This document shows, piece by piece, positions 1 to 9,821 of a DNA stretch of 64,000 bases (its first letter is position 1; every line of letters begins with the position of its first letter). The translations under genes were made by a program, and so were the position numbers. Origin of the DNA: a virus; IMG/VR virus record IMGVR_UViG_3300045522_000058; one strand, 5' to 3'. Under the pieces are notes generated by a model, which made no database searches, had not been told where the DNA came from, and saw only the letters and a list, made by a program, of their open reading frames with translations.

Positions 1-1767
1 TTATGCGCGGAATTTGCTACTCATCGGATGTCTCCAATCCAGACCGATAAATGCTTTACGGTGGATTTTTGGACCAGGACATGCCTGAAACCGCTTGTAT
101 TCCATCAAGCGAACACGGTTTCGTACCGACTTGACGAGTTCGAGCTTAAATCCAGTTTCAGCGGCGACTTGATCGTCCGTCAGGCTTTCCTTGTGGTCGA
201 TCATGTTCCAAAGGATTTTGTCGAGAACGGCGTAATCAGGAAGGCTGTCGCTATCTTTCTGTCCTTCTGCAAGTTCTGCAGATGGAGGGCGATCAATCGT
301 TTTTCTGAGGGCTTCGACAGCATCAGAGTTAAGAGAAACCAGGTCGTGCCCAAATGCGTTACTGAAAACATTGTGAGAGCTGAGGTCTTCCTGTGTGACA
401 TTGTCGTTCAATACATTGAAACCGATCCGATAACGCAGTTCCAGAAGTTCGAAAACTTCAGTTTTATAGAGATCTTTGAGTGGGTTAAACCCGCCGCGCA
501 TATCGCCATAAAGAGTGGCATATCCCATGGCGATTTCTGATTTATTGCCAGTCGACAGGATCATCGCACTGAATTTATTCGAGAAAAATGACAGGATGTC
601 ACCACGAAGCTGTGCCTGCAGATTTTCTTCTGCAACATTTGGCTTCTGACTTCCAAAAGTATCTGTGAAGCCATTCAGGAATGTGTCGACCATTGTCTGA
701 ACGGGAACAGTATGAACGCGAGAACCGCTTCCCATGCCGTGTCCAAGTAGCTTGGCAAAGTCATTCGAGTCGCCAGACGTGTAGCGAGTTGGCATCGTGA
801 TGAAATCGACATTGTCGACACCAAAGACGTCAGCGGCCATCAGTCCGACCAAAGCAGAGTCAGCACCGCCAGAAAGGCCGAGAACAACCTTCTTGAAACC
901 GTTCTTGTGAACGTAATCACGCAAGCCAATACAAGCGGCCGTATAGCGCTCCATGTCAAAAGGTTGCTCAACGGGAGCTTTGCTATTGGCAATTTTCCAG
1001 CCGCCATGTTCCTTTGTCAGTTCAACAATGGACACCCCTTCCTTCCAAGGTTCCATTTCGTGATAATTTCCATGGCCGTCGAGTGCTGCTGATGCGCCGT
1101 CCCACACAAGTTCGTCATTCCCACCAACCTGATTAACGTAGATGAGCGGGATATGGCTCTCCATAACGCGGTCTTCGAAGACTTTGCGGCGGAAGGCAGC
1201 CTTGGCAATAGAATATGGACTGGAATTGATCGAGATCACGAAATCAGCATTGTCGCGGTCTGCTGCTTCCTTGATGACGTCGCTGAACCAGATATCTTCG
1301 CAGATGCAGATACAAATATGGGCTACCAGATTACCATCTGCATCATGGTAATCAACGGTATTCGAAGCCTTGTCAGAGGTGGTGAACCAACGTTCGTCGT
1401 CGAATACGCCGTAATTCGGCAAATGCCGCTTATCGGCGGCAAGGGAAATTCCGTGGCGGTCGATCAGGAAAGCCGAGTTGAATGCCTTTTTGTTCGGATC
1501 GGTCGCAAAACGTGGCGCGCCAATGATGATCGTCTTGTTATTGTCAGCGACGAGTTTCTGATACTCGTTCAGATGTTCTTCTGCGCAAGCGACGAATGTG
1601 CGATCAAGAAAGAGGTCACCAGACGGGTAATTGCTGACAAAGCATTCAGGGAATACATAAATATCCGCATCATTATCATGAATAGCTGCGGAGGCTTTGT
1701 CGAGGTTCCCGTTGAAATCGCCGATTGTAGGATTAAGCTGGCAAAGTGCAATTTTAATATTTGGCAT
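1..1767 (-). CDS. nadE: Glutamine-dependent NAD+ synthetase
   Basis: N-terminal nitrilase/glutaminase domain with E-K-C triad motifs (FPEC, KRHLPNYGVFDDERWF, ICEDIW). C-terminal synthetase with LGLSGGADS, EENLQAQLRG, TGNKSE, GYATLYGD and PPSAEL. Stop codon at positions 1-3, so the gene is complete. Confidence 0.95.
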   Translation of the reverse strand: MPNIKIALCQLNPTIGDFNGNLDKASAAIHDNDADIYVFPECFVSNYPSGDLFLDRTFVACAEEHLNEYQKLVADNNKTIIIGAPRFATDPNKKAFNSAFLIDRHGISLAADKRHLPNYGVFDDERWFTTSDKASNTVDYHDADGNLVAHICICICEDIWFSDVIKEAADRDNADFVISINSSPYSIAKAAFRRKVFEDRVMESHIPLIYVNQVGGNDELVWDGASAALDGHGNYHEMEPWKEGVSIVELTKEHGGWKIANSKAPVEQPFDMERYTAACIGLRDYVHKNGFKKVVLGLSGGADSALVGLMAADVFGVDNVDFITMPTRYTSGDSNDFAKLLGHGMGSGSRVHTVPVQTMVDTFLNGFTDTFGSQKPNVAEENLQAQLRGDILSFFSNKFSAMILSTGNKSEIAMGYATLYGDMRGGFNPLKDLYKTEVFELLELRYRIGFNVLNDNVTQEDLSSHNVFSNAFGHDLVSLNSDAVEALRKTIDRPPSAELAEGQKDSDSLPDYAVLDKILWNMIDHKESLTDDQVAAETGFKLELVKSVRNRVRLMEYKRFQACPGPKIHRKAFIGLDWRHPMSSKFRA

Positions 1768-1892
1768 AAATTAGATCCCTTCGTTGAAATCCTTATATCA
1801 TTATTCATTATTTTAACAATGATATTAAAGGAAATTAATTGTGGTTATTGATGTTATTTTGCAGGCCGCCTTACTAATCTAATTTCATAAAT

Positions 1893-2762
1893 ATGAAGAG
1901 AAATAAAATGCGGTTTTTCCATGGATCAGGGCACTTTGATCAAATTCGATTAGAGGGTATTAATCCCAACAGCGGACATAAGACAGATTTTGACGACACC
2001 GGAGCGCTCACTTCATTAGGTGGCGTCTATATGACAGACAGGATTGATGTCGCAGCCTTTTACGCAGCAAAAGCGATATCTTCTGAATGTTCAATGGGAA
2101 TGGACCCTTGCGTTTTTGTCTTGGAAGTTGACCAGGAATCGCTGATCGCTGATGAAGATAAGATATGGTCTGCCATTCAGAGCGATTACGCTTTCGCTAA
2201 TTTAGGTTTCGAGGATGGAGATGAAGCAGAACTGGTTTCAATGTTTGAAGAAGGTCTTCAAAAACACGAAAGTCTTTTCAAAAGGATAATGTCAGACCTT
2301 CAGATTGACGATGTAGAGGAAAATTTTGATAGTTTTATTAAAGGACTCCGCGCATTTATTTTGCGTGCCTATAGTTGGGAATGGTGTGAAGAAGCCAACA
2401 AACAAGAGTTCGAAGATATTAATAAGATTTGTGATCTAGCCCGCTCAACAGTTAGCCATGATTGGATGTCACGTCAATTTTCTGAGTATGCTATCACATG
2501 CAGGAGTTTGTCTTCAGTGTCACCAGACCCGAATTCCGGTGAAAATAAGATAGTTGGAGCCATCTGCCTGCGAATGAACTCAGACGGTCTGAAAATTGGA
2601 GAAGTCGAAGCTTATGGGTCCGTCACTAAGAAAGACATAAATGATTTTGTTTCGAATTTTAAATCTGCTGTGAGAAATATCTCAGGGAGTCGTGTAAGTG
2701 GCGGGACTGGGAAGGTGAGTATCCAGGAATATACTCATGAATACGGTCAATTGATCTTGTGA
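1893..2762 (+). CDS. ADP-ribosyltransferase-fold protein (H-Y type), putative
   Basis: FFHGS ... GGVYMTD ... AAFYA ... LEVD ... ADED; same motif order as 30232-30960. Confidence 0.55.
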   Translation: MKRNKMRFFHGSGHFDQIRLEGINPNSGHKTDFDDTGALTSLGGVYMTDRIDVAAFYAAKAISSECSMGMDPCVFVLEVDQESLIADEDKIWSAIQSDYAFANLGFEDGDEAELVSMFEEGLQKHESLFKRIMSDLQIDDVEENFDSFIKGLRAFILRAYSWEWCEEANKQEFEDINKICDLARSTVSHDWMSRQFSEYAITCRSLSSVSPDPNSGENKIVGAICLRMNSDGLKIGEVEAYGSVTKKDINDFVSNFKSAVRNISGSRVSGGTGKVSIQEYTHEYGQLIL

Positions 2763-2879
2763 GCGATAGATATGCAAGGCGATGCCCTTGTGATGCGTTT
2801 TTGCATATTTAAATCCAGAACTTATTGTAATAAGTAGTAACTTGATGTATTTATTGTACAAACAAGGGGTGGTGAAGAT

Positions 2880-3242
2880 ATGAAGAAAATTTTTCTGGCT
2901 TTAGCTCTATCATTAACGATGATAGCTCCAATACAAGTAAAAGCCGAGGAAATGGGCGCGTTCGAAGCTTACTGGGTGTTTGTTGGGGCGACGAAAGATG
3001 ATGGCGGCGTAGCTGGGCGAGCAATTCAAAAATTGGCAAAGAAGTGTGGTCTGGAAGCTTCTGGAGACTGGTCTTGGAAGTTCCAGGTGCCTGCTGGGAA
3101 ATTAATCTATACGCTGGATCAATATTTTCCTGTGGCTGTTCATGGAAAGAATGGGCAGAAAAAAGCAGAAGCGCTGCGGGCAAAGGTTAGCAAGTGTATT
3201 CCAGATGCTTACGTTAAAAAGGTTTGGTACGCAGGCGAGTAA
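2880..3242 (+). CDS. Exported hypothetical protein
   Basis: Sec signal peptide MKKIFLALALSLTMIAPIQVKA; two Cys; C-terminal PDAYVK. Confidence 0.7.
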   Translation: MKKIFLALALSLTMIAPIQVKAEEMGAFEAYWVFVGATKDDGGVAGRAIQKLAKKCGLEASGDWSWKFQVPAGKLIYTLDQYFPVAVHGKNGQKKAEALRAKVSKCIPDAYVKKVWYAGE

Positions 3243-3258
3243 AAATTTGCTTTATTTT

Positions 3259-3291
3259 AAAGGTGCGGTTTAAATTTGAAACCGCACCTTT
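3259..3291. terminator. Bidirectional intrinsic terminator
   Basis: AAAGGTGCGGTTT / AAACCGCACCTTT stem between convergent genes. Confidence 0.7.
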
Positions 3292-3296
3292 CGCAT

Positions 3297-3743
3297 TTAA
3301 CGCCACACACTGACATCGGCTGACGGGAAAGCCGTGCAAGCAGTGAGATATCTTTCGACGAATTCAACGAGTGTTTCGTACTTTCCCCAACCGTTTTCCG
3401 GGTTGAACCTCTTGAAGCGTTCTGGGTCTTTGCGGAGAAGGTCGAGTCCTTGTGTTAGCTGATCAACAAGATCGCGCGCTTTCTTTGCTCCAATTTCTTC
3501 AGGACGCCAGAGAGCTTTATAGATGCCAGCATCCATCGCCATTTTGTTCAGGTTGTGAGTAATGTTGGCCGTGAAGAGGCAATCATCCGTTGCTTCAATC
3601 GTCACAGGCTCCCGGTCGGGAAAGCGTTCGTCCCACTCTTCGCGAGTGATCCGCTTATTGGTACCGTTTTCTCTGATGAAGATCAGAGGTCCAGTGGTAG
3701 CTGGGAATGGGTTTTTACCTCGAAGAGTTACGTCTAAGCTCAT
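3297..3743 (-). CDS. Hypothetical protein of a type common in phages
   Basis: 148-aa ORF with NITHNL..MA..AG and FNPENGWGKYE motifs. Confidence 0.7.
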   Translation of the reverse strand: MSLDVTLRGKNPFPATTGPLIFIRENGTNKRITREEWDERFPDREPVTIEATDDCLFTANITHNLNKMAMDAGIYKALWRPEEIGAKKARDLVDQLTQGLDLLRKDPERFKRFNPENGWGKYETLVEFVERYLTACTAFPSADVSVWR

Positions 3744-3782
3744 ATTTTTTGATCCTTTCTTTCTATTGTCTGTACCGACAAG

Positions 3783-4790
3783 TCAGATTTTGACTTCCGA
3801 AATATCTATCGTCACAAACGGGTTTTCAATCAATCCCGCCTGTACTGCACTGTGAATTCGCCCCTCAGTAATGGCGGATTTCTTACCATTCTTGTCAACG
3901 AGGAACCATTTTCGATTTTCATTCTGGAGCGAACCGCCTTCAGAAATGATCTTGCCAACACGTTGGTTTGCTTTGTTCGCACGTAACTCGGCAATTTTGA
4001 TATCATGCAATCCGGCACATAATGTCGATGAAAGAGCTTGGAGTACGGGGTGAAGCTCTTTGAGGCTTTCGCCAATGTCACGACCAATGGGTAGAACAAT
4101 GTGGCTCCTGGTAATTGTCCCGCCCACTTCCACCGCAACAGAATGCATCTGCTGTTTGCGATCTTCTGAAATGGCCTCATAGCCACGCAGTGTCTCGAAA
4201 CTGAGATCAAAAGAACCAATAAGACCAGAGGCGCTGCGTGTAATATCTACTCGGTACCAGCCACCAGTGAGCAAGGGATTCCATGTGTTCTCTTTCAGCC
4301 ACCAATTTGCGTATTTAACCTCAAGTTTTAATACGTCAGGCGTTTCAAGCAGAATCCGGATAGGAGGCGCGCTAGCATAGCGGTGCTTATTCGGAGTGTG
4401 CGATTGAATGATGCTGTCAACTTCCGTGGACCACTCGATTTCACCTTGGCGTTGGTTAGCGTCCGAATGCAATACTAATTTAACGGCTTCATTGAGCTCA
4501 TCACAGTTGGCAGCATTTTCATCCGCAAAATGCACAATAACAGCTTGAGATACTGCTCCAAGGCCGAGGCTTGCAGTAACTGAGTTGCGCCCTGCCATCG
4601 AAATGCCTTTAGCGAATGATTTAGCGTGAGAGGCGTCTTGATGCCAATGAAGTTCAAATCTCCCCTCGCCTAACTGGATTGGCGAAGAAATCAAATCACC
4701 AGACGGCTTATCTGCCAAAACCACATCAGCGGTCGTGCGGATTAGCCATCCAAGGCCATGAAGTGGTTTGAGTGAATATTTATTGCTCAT
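3783..4790 (-). CDS. Hypothetical protein
   Basis: 335-aa ORF with ATG start and an upstream TTGACA-like -35. Confidence 0.7.
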   Translation of the reverse strand: MSNKYSLKPLHGLGWLIRTTADVVLADKPSGDLISSPIQLGEGRFELHWHQDASHAKSFAKGISMAGRNSVTASLGLGAVSQAVIVHFADENAANCDELNEAVKLVLHSDANQRQGEIEWSTEVDSIIQSHTPNKHRYASAPPIRILLETPDVLKLEVKYANWWLKENTWNPLLTGGWYRVDITRSASGLIGSFDLSFETLRGYEAISEDRKQQMHSVAVEVGGTITRSHIVLPIGRDIGESLKELHPVLQALSSTLCAGLHDIKIAELRANKANQRVGKIISEGGSLQNENRKWFLVDKNGKKSAITEGRIHSAVQAGLIENPFVTIDISEVKI

Positions 4791-5015
4791 TGCCCGTCCA
4801 TAAAGTTGGGGGTTTAATAATTAAATAAAGACATATTGTCAACTAAATATATCAAAAATCCATTTAAAAAAAATTGGGCGAGAATAAATTTTGCTGAACT
4901 GAAATTAGTCAACCTCTAAGCCGGTTGCATAACAATTTTATCTGAAATATATCGCACTCTCATTGCTAATTATGGGTTGCAATGTCACAATAACACAAAA
5001 ACTGGGTTTGATATC

Positions 5016-5621
5016 ATGCGTATAGAAATTATGGCTCCATTAGCCACAGGTAAATCCACGATTGTGCAGAATTTGTCTGGAAATGGTATTAAGCTCGTTA
5101 CTGAGGATTTGAATACAAATCCTTATTTGGAACTGCGTAAACAGAACCCAGAGAAGTACACTCTTCCATGTCAGGAGAAATTCATCTCCGATAAAATATC
5201 GTCGCTAGGTTCGGCAATTGAGGATTGCTATCAGGATATTATTGCAGATTTTAGTGTCTGGACAGAGAGAGCATATGCGCGGCACTTGATTTCAGATTAT
5301 ACCAGTAAGCTCACGGAGATGAGCGGAAAAGTTGATGAATTTTATGAGCGTTTTGGACTTCCAGATCTCCTGGTTTATGTGGCGATCTCGGTAGAAGAGC
5401 AGATTGAGCGCATCAAGCAGCGCGGTCGAGGTTTCGAACAGCTTCATAGTTACGAGTATCTGCAACGCTTGAACCACCAGGTGGAGTTGGAAGCTTCTCT
5501 AGCTGTTATGGCTGGGGTTCATACGATTGTGTTTGATGCTGGTAAAAAGACGAGTTCTGTTATAGCAGACAGAATTTTGGAAGAGATTATTTCTATGAGA
5601 CCTGAAACTGCGGCAGCTTGA
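5016..5621 (+). CDS. Deoxynucleoside kinase family protein
   Basis: P-loop APLATGKST, ED-x3-NPYL, PDLLVYV, RIKQRGRGFEQ and YLQRLN, all typical of dNK/dAK-dGK. Start moved to ATG 5016. Confidence 0.85.
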   Translation: MRIEIMAPLATGKSTIVQNLSGNGIKLVTEDLNTNPYLELRKQNPEKYTLPCQEKFISDKISSLGSAIEDCYQDIIADFSVWTERAYARHLISDYTSKLTEMSGKVDEFYERFGLPDLLVYVAISVEEQIERIKQRGRGFEQLHSYEYLQRLNHQVELEASLAVMAGVHTIVFDAGKKTSSVIADRILEEIISMRPETAAA

Positions 5622-5702
5622 AAGAGCGCTATTCGGCAGCAACTGCCACCAGATTTCATTAGGATAACGGCCTAGTATTCATGCGCTCGTATGGAGTAGC
5701 GA

Positions 5703-5950
5703 ATGAACGGTATCGAGGATGAATTAAAGCGGAAGCAGAGAGAGGTTGGTGAACAAATCGAACGCCTAAAGTGCTTTTGGATTTCGACAGGATTGATGCC
5801 GAGAACAAACTTCTAATCACGCCGTTGGTTGTCGACTCCATTAACCGAATGCGAAAGATGGACCTAGATCCAGAATGGATCGCAAAGCAACTTTGCTTGG
5901 ACGTCTCAGAAGTGGAAGGCGTGCTGAAAACTTCTAACGGCAAGTCCTAG
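5703..5950 (+). pseudogene. Frameshifted small gene (coiled coil plus HTH-like C-terminus)
   Basis: GGAG RBS then MNGIEDELKRKQREVGEQIERLK. After a 1-nt shift at CTAAAGTG it reads VLLDFDRID...PEWIAKQLCLDVSEVEGVL to a stop at 5950. Confidence 0.5.
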
Positions 5951-6081
5951 TAGTCGGGACTTTCACCACCCTTCCAAACGAGATCAGGTGGCATGATACC
6001 CTGCCAGTAGCCGCACAGGTTCCGCGATGTCGGCCGGGATAGAGCCTTGTTCGGAATTTCTAACACGGTTCTTGACTGGAG

Positions 6082-7335
6082 ATGGAAGTGCTCACCAAAA
6101 TCATAGATGAGCTAATGTGGAGTCGACGATTGGACGCGGTATTAGATTTAGATAGTGACGATCAGCAAGTAGTGTTGGGGAGGCAACTTGGATACTGTGC
6201 TGAGATTTCGGATCTCATATCAGGAGCCGATATAAACACAGTGGACGATATACTCATCGAGCTTATTGCTAATACGCCCGCTGATCCTGTCATGCTTATC
6301 CATCACCAAGTCTTCCCGAACTTCACGACGCAGAGCCGCAACTTTTTCAACGGAGCTCTCGCCCGTTCATCCCCGTTTTCCAAGCACAAATGCAAGTGCC
6401 TGTTCCCAGGATGTAAAGAGACTGCAATCGAATCCCATTCAATCCAGAAGTCCTTCCTCAAATCGATCTCGGCTGGTCAGACGCACTTAAAGAAGATCCA
6501 AATCTCTGTGCATCGAGAAGAAATCGGTGAAACTACAATCGGCCCGAGAGATGCATCAACGTTTCAAGGCTTTTGCGCGAGCCACGATACCATTCTGTTC
6601 AGGCCGATAGAGGATCAAGTAATGACGCTGCGAGGCGACCAAGTCTTGCTCGCAGCGTACAGGTCTATATGCCGCGAGCTGAGGGTCAAGTTGCTAGAGA
6701 TACGCAATGGCGTTCACTCAGTGATGGCACTTGATCCAACGTCCTCTAAGTGCCCCGATCATCCAGATGTCCATTTTGCCCTTCTAACGATGCAAATGCA
6801 TCGGACGCTTTACAGCTTTGCCTCGGCGCAACCGATTGTAACGCTGAAGCGCCTGCTCGATAAGGCGATAGAGGAAGGCAGAAACGATCTGTTTGAAACA
6901 GTGGGGTTCTACGTCGAAAAGCCAGCACTGATTGCGTCGTGGGGAATATCAACGCCCACTTACGATTTCCATGGTCGCGCCATCCAAAGCACAAGCTTTG
7001 TAGACGACGTCTGTAACAACATCTTTGTATCCACGTTTGATGCTAAAGATGACATACTCTACGTGATATCGTGGCTGAAGCCGAACAAAAACGGTGCTCG
7101 CCTCTCCAGAACCGCATCTGCGATGACGCTTGAGGAAGCGTCTTTTAGACTACCGTCGTTCCTCGTTTCTAACTGCGAGATGAGCTTTTTCGCCCCGACG
7201 ATATCCGAAAACGTGGGGAAGCGGTTCGAAGCAGCGCTTATAAAAGGAGCGAGCGCCGACTACTTCACGGATGATGTTTCGGACTGGATACAGCTTAATA
7301 ATTTTGCGGTATCACAAGTCTGCTTGTCGACATAA
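6082..7335 (+). CDS. Passenger protein, Cys/His-rich family often associated with SEC-C domains
   Basis: KCLFPGCKETAIESHSIQ and ASTFQGFCASHD..LFRPIED motifs; lies inside the TIR cassette. Confidence 0.6.
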   Translation: MEVLTKIIDELMWSRRLDAVLDLDSDDQQVVLGRQLGYCAEISDLISGADINTVDDILIELIANTPADPVMLIHHQVFPNFTTQSRNFFNGALARSSPFSKHKCKCLFPGCKETAIESHSIQKSFLKSISAGQTHLKKIQISVHREEIGETTIGPRDASTFQGFCASHDTILFRPIEDQVMTLRGDQVLLAAYRSICRELRVKLLEIRNGVHSVMALDPTSSKCPDHPDVHFALLTMQMHRTLYSFASAQPIVTLKRLLDKAIEEGRNDLFETVGFYVEKPALIASWGISTPTYDFHGRAIQSTSFVDDVCNNIFVSTFDAKDDILYVISWLKPNKNGARLSRTASAMTLEEASFRLPSFLVSNCEMSFFAPTISENVGKRFEAALIKGASADYFTDDVSDWIQLNNFAVSQVCLST

Positions 7336-7426
7336 TTGCCGCCAACCGCCGTCCAAAAATCGTGGTGGCAGTTGCTAACGAATAGCGTAAAAGAGCCGCA
7401 GTTTATCCATCGATGTATGTAAAACT

Positions 7427-7798
7427 TTAATTTTCGAGAAATTCAAGGGCCAGCATTTTTAATGTCTCTTGAGACGCAGTATAATGAATTTCATTCTCTT
7501 TGCGAATAAAACTGGCAATATTTGCTTTTGATACAGCGTCATAAACACCGATTTTAGAGGGCTGTTGGAAAACAATTAGATTCCCAACTGTCAAACAAGT
7601 GACGTCGGCGGATATGCTGGTGCAGTCGTCTGATGGCTTTTTTTCAAGTGAAGCCAATTTTGAATAGAGGCGAGATATCTGGGTATCCTGCCTTCCGCTG
7701 TCGCGATTAATTTTTGCTGCTAGGCCGCCAATAACTCCTAAGAAAATTACCAGAAAAATAAGAACAGCAATTAAGGAAGTAGAGCCTTCATTGTTCAT
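7427..7798 (-). CDS. Single-pass membrane protein (paralog of 7951-8319)
   Basis: N-terminal hydrophobic helix; C..C..LIV....I..YDA.S...AS pattern. Confidence 0.7.
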   Translation of the reverse strand: MNNEGSTSLIAVLIFLVIFLGVIGGLAAKINRDSGRQDTQISRLYSKLASLEKKPSDDCTSISADVTCLTVGNLIVFQQPSKIGVYDAVSKANIASFIRKENEIHYTASQETLKMLALEFLEN

Positions 7799-7950
7799 TT
7801 AATTGATCCTTAGATATCAAATAGTTATGATTTCGTTTTTCAGTCAACTTGATCGCCTGAGATTTTTCATGGCTTTCAATTATGGCTAGTGAAACCAGAA
7901 TTAAAATGGACAGTGTGAAAATTATGAAGCCAAAAAATTCCTTTGTCATT

Positions 7951-8319
7951 TTAACCGCCAAAGGTGTAGAGAAAAGCTTCAGTTGCGGGAGAGCGAAATG
8001 CTGGCAAGCTGATCGTGTAACGATTGTTTACCTGAGTTGCAGAGGCAACCATTTGTCGGGAAGTCGCATCATAAAAACTGATTGCTGTGCCAATCTTTAC
8101 AATTAAATATCCCTTATTTGTAAAGCATTCAGCGTCTGCTGGTAGTGGAATAGCAGCCACTTCCGCGCAACTGTATGGGATGGCGGAGTTCATTGCATTT
8201 GATGCGTATTTGTTCAGACGCTGATCGAGGAAATAGGCGATGGCGAACAATAAAGAAATGAATAGAACGAAGCCAATTACCCCAGATGTTGCTATTAATT
8301 TAGATGTGCGCATGCTCAT
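7951..8319 (-). CDS. Single-pass membrane protein (paralog of 7427-7798)
   Basis: N-terminal TM helix; C..CFTNKGYLIVKIGTAISFYDATSRQMVAS. Confidence 0.7.
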   Translation of the reverse strand: MSMRTSKLIATSGVIGFVLFISLLFAIAYFLDQRLNKYASNAMNSAIPYSCAEVAAIPLPADAECFTNKGYLIVKIGTAISFYDATSRQMVASATQVNNRYTISLPAFRSPATEAFLYTFGG

Positions 8320-8459
8320 TTTAAACTTCCATATATGGTGGATTTTCAGCCGGAATATTTCTATTCAAGGCGATTAATGTCAACATAATTTTTATATTTA
8401 ATGCTAATTAATTCACGCAAATAAGTTGACGGATATTTATTGGCCATCAATAATTGTGA

Positions 8460-9107
8460 ATGAAAGGAATTAAAATGAAGAAATTATATACAAAAATCAT
8501 CGTTTTTATTATCTGCGCTACATTCTCGAATTCTTCTGTATCGTATGCGCTTCCATTATTGGACGACCCCAATAATGGAAGAGATATCAGTCAGCAGGCT
8601 TTTCTAGGTCGTTCCAACTGTGTAAACGCTGTTAGCGTTGCGTATATCAAACCTTCGTACAAGATTGAAAATCACAAAAATATCCAGAAATTCACAAAAA
8701 AGAAGCTTCCACCCAAACATAAGCTTGGCGGCCAAACTAGATTCTCTGGGTTAAGCTGGAAAATTAAAGATATATCGACAGCATGCGGCAAGAAGGTTGA
8801 AATTAAAGTTCAACATCGAGCGCCAATTCGGGTAATAATGCCTAGCAAAAATTCTATGCTGTCGTGTAATTACAATGCCATTCTTAAGCACGAGATGGAG
8901 CATGTAGCGATCTATAGAGAGACTCCAAAGGAGTACGAGAAAAAGTTCAAGGCGATCTTGATGAAGTCGAGCGGTGCGTCTGCAAATCAGCAACTTACTC
9001 GACTTTCTAGAGAAATTAGCGCTGAGATGAAGCGGCGTAACGATAAATTCCATGACAAGAACGGTGCTATTTATCATCTAAAAAGGGGGTGCGGCCTTTC
9101 TGGATAG
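8460..9107 (+). CDS. Exported zincin-like (HExxH) protein, DUF922-like
   Basis: Signal peptide; ILKHEMEHV zinc motif. Confidence 0.55.
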   Translation: MKGIKMKKLYTKIIVFIICATFSNSSVSYALPLLDDPNNGRDISQQAFLGRSNCVNAVSVAYIKPSYKIENHKNIQKFTKKKLPPKHKLGGQTRFSGLSWKIKDISTACGKKVEIKVQHRAPIRVIMPSKNSMLSCNYNAILKHEMEHVAIYRETPKEYEKKFKAILMKSSGASANQQLTRLSREISAEMKRRNDKFHDKNGAIYHLKRGCGLSG

Positions 9108-9226
9108 TTCTAAAAATTCGCTGATTTTGTCAATCCTTATGGAATTCGATATTTCAGCAATGGTGTCGTTGTTGACTCTGTTTCGGAATAATTATGGTTG
9201 GTTGCACTTAATTCGTTAATATTACT

Positions 9227-9787
9227 TTGGAGACGATAGTGGAGATGAACCAAATGACATTCGAAAATTGCATCCGATTAAGTGAATGTGAAATCACGTA
9301 TTTTGACGAGGACCCTGATGGCGTAGAAGATCGCGCAGGTGACGGATACTATTATCAAGTACCGGGTGAAGCAGGGTGGAGCGGTCCATGGCATTCAGAA
9401 GAAGAAGCTGAAAATGAACTTCGGGATGACCTAGCTTATAAAGAAGATAAGGTTATCAAGAAAATGCTTCTGGATGAAGGATGGATTATATCGAAATATG
9501 ATACGGTCGAGTCTATTTTCGTTGATGTCGACGATAAAAGTTATCCGTTTTATCTTAATAAAATAGAAGGTCGATGGTTTGAAGCTACTGTCTTCGATGA
9601 TTGTTTTAATATAAATGAGAAGAACTCATTAGATGCGAAATCGAATATTGTTATTCTAAATAAAACAAGCGTCGATGAAGAGAAAGATGAAGAGATTATT
9701 TACGGAAATAAAATAGCCTTAGCTAAGAGTGCGCTGGAAGCGTTACATGCTGCCATAGGCACTGATTTCCATTCCCCAAAAATGTAA
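9227..9787 (+). CDS. Hypothetical acidic protein
   Basis: ORF with GYYY...GWSGPWHSEEEA motif; ends HSPKM. Confidence 0.65.
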   Translation: METIVEMNQMTFENCIRLSECEITYFDEDPDGVEDRAGDGYYYQVPGEAGWSGPWHSEEEAENELRDDLAYKEDKVIKKMLLDEGWIISKYDTVESIFVDVDDKSYPFYLNKIEGRWFEATVFDDCFNINEKNSLDAKSNIVILNKTSVDEEKDEEIIYGNKIALAKSALEALHAAIGTDFHSPKM

Positions 9788-9818
9788 TGGCTATCTGACA
9801 GTAGATAGCCATTACATT
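9781..9818. terminator. Bidirectional terminator-like hairpin
   Basis: Perfect 16-bp stem AATGTAATGGCTATCT / AGATAGCCATTACATT between convergent genes. Confidence 0.7.
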
Positions 9819-9821
9819 GTG

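Larger units (their letters stand above)
5627..7387. mobile_element. Non-autonomous IS-like cassette with terminal inverted repeats
   Basis: Left end CGCTATTCGGCAGCAACTGCCACCA; right end reverse complement CGCTATTCGTTAGCAACTGCCACCA (23/25 identical). Flanks TGAAAGAG (5619-5626) and TAAAAGAG (7388-7395) form an 8-bp target duplication with one mismatch. No transposase inside. Confidence 0.8.
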
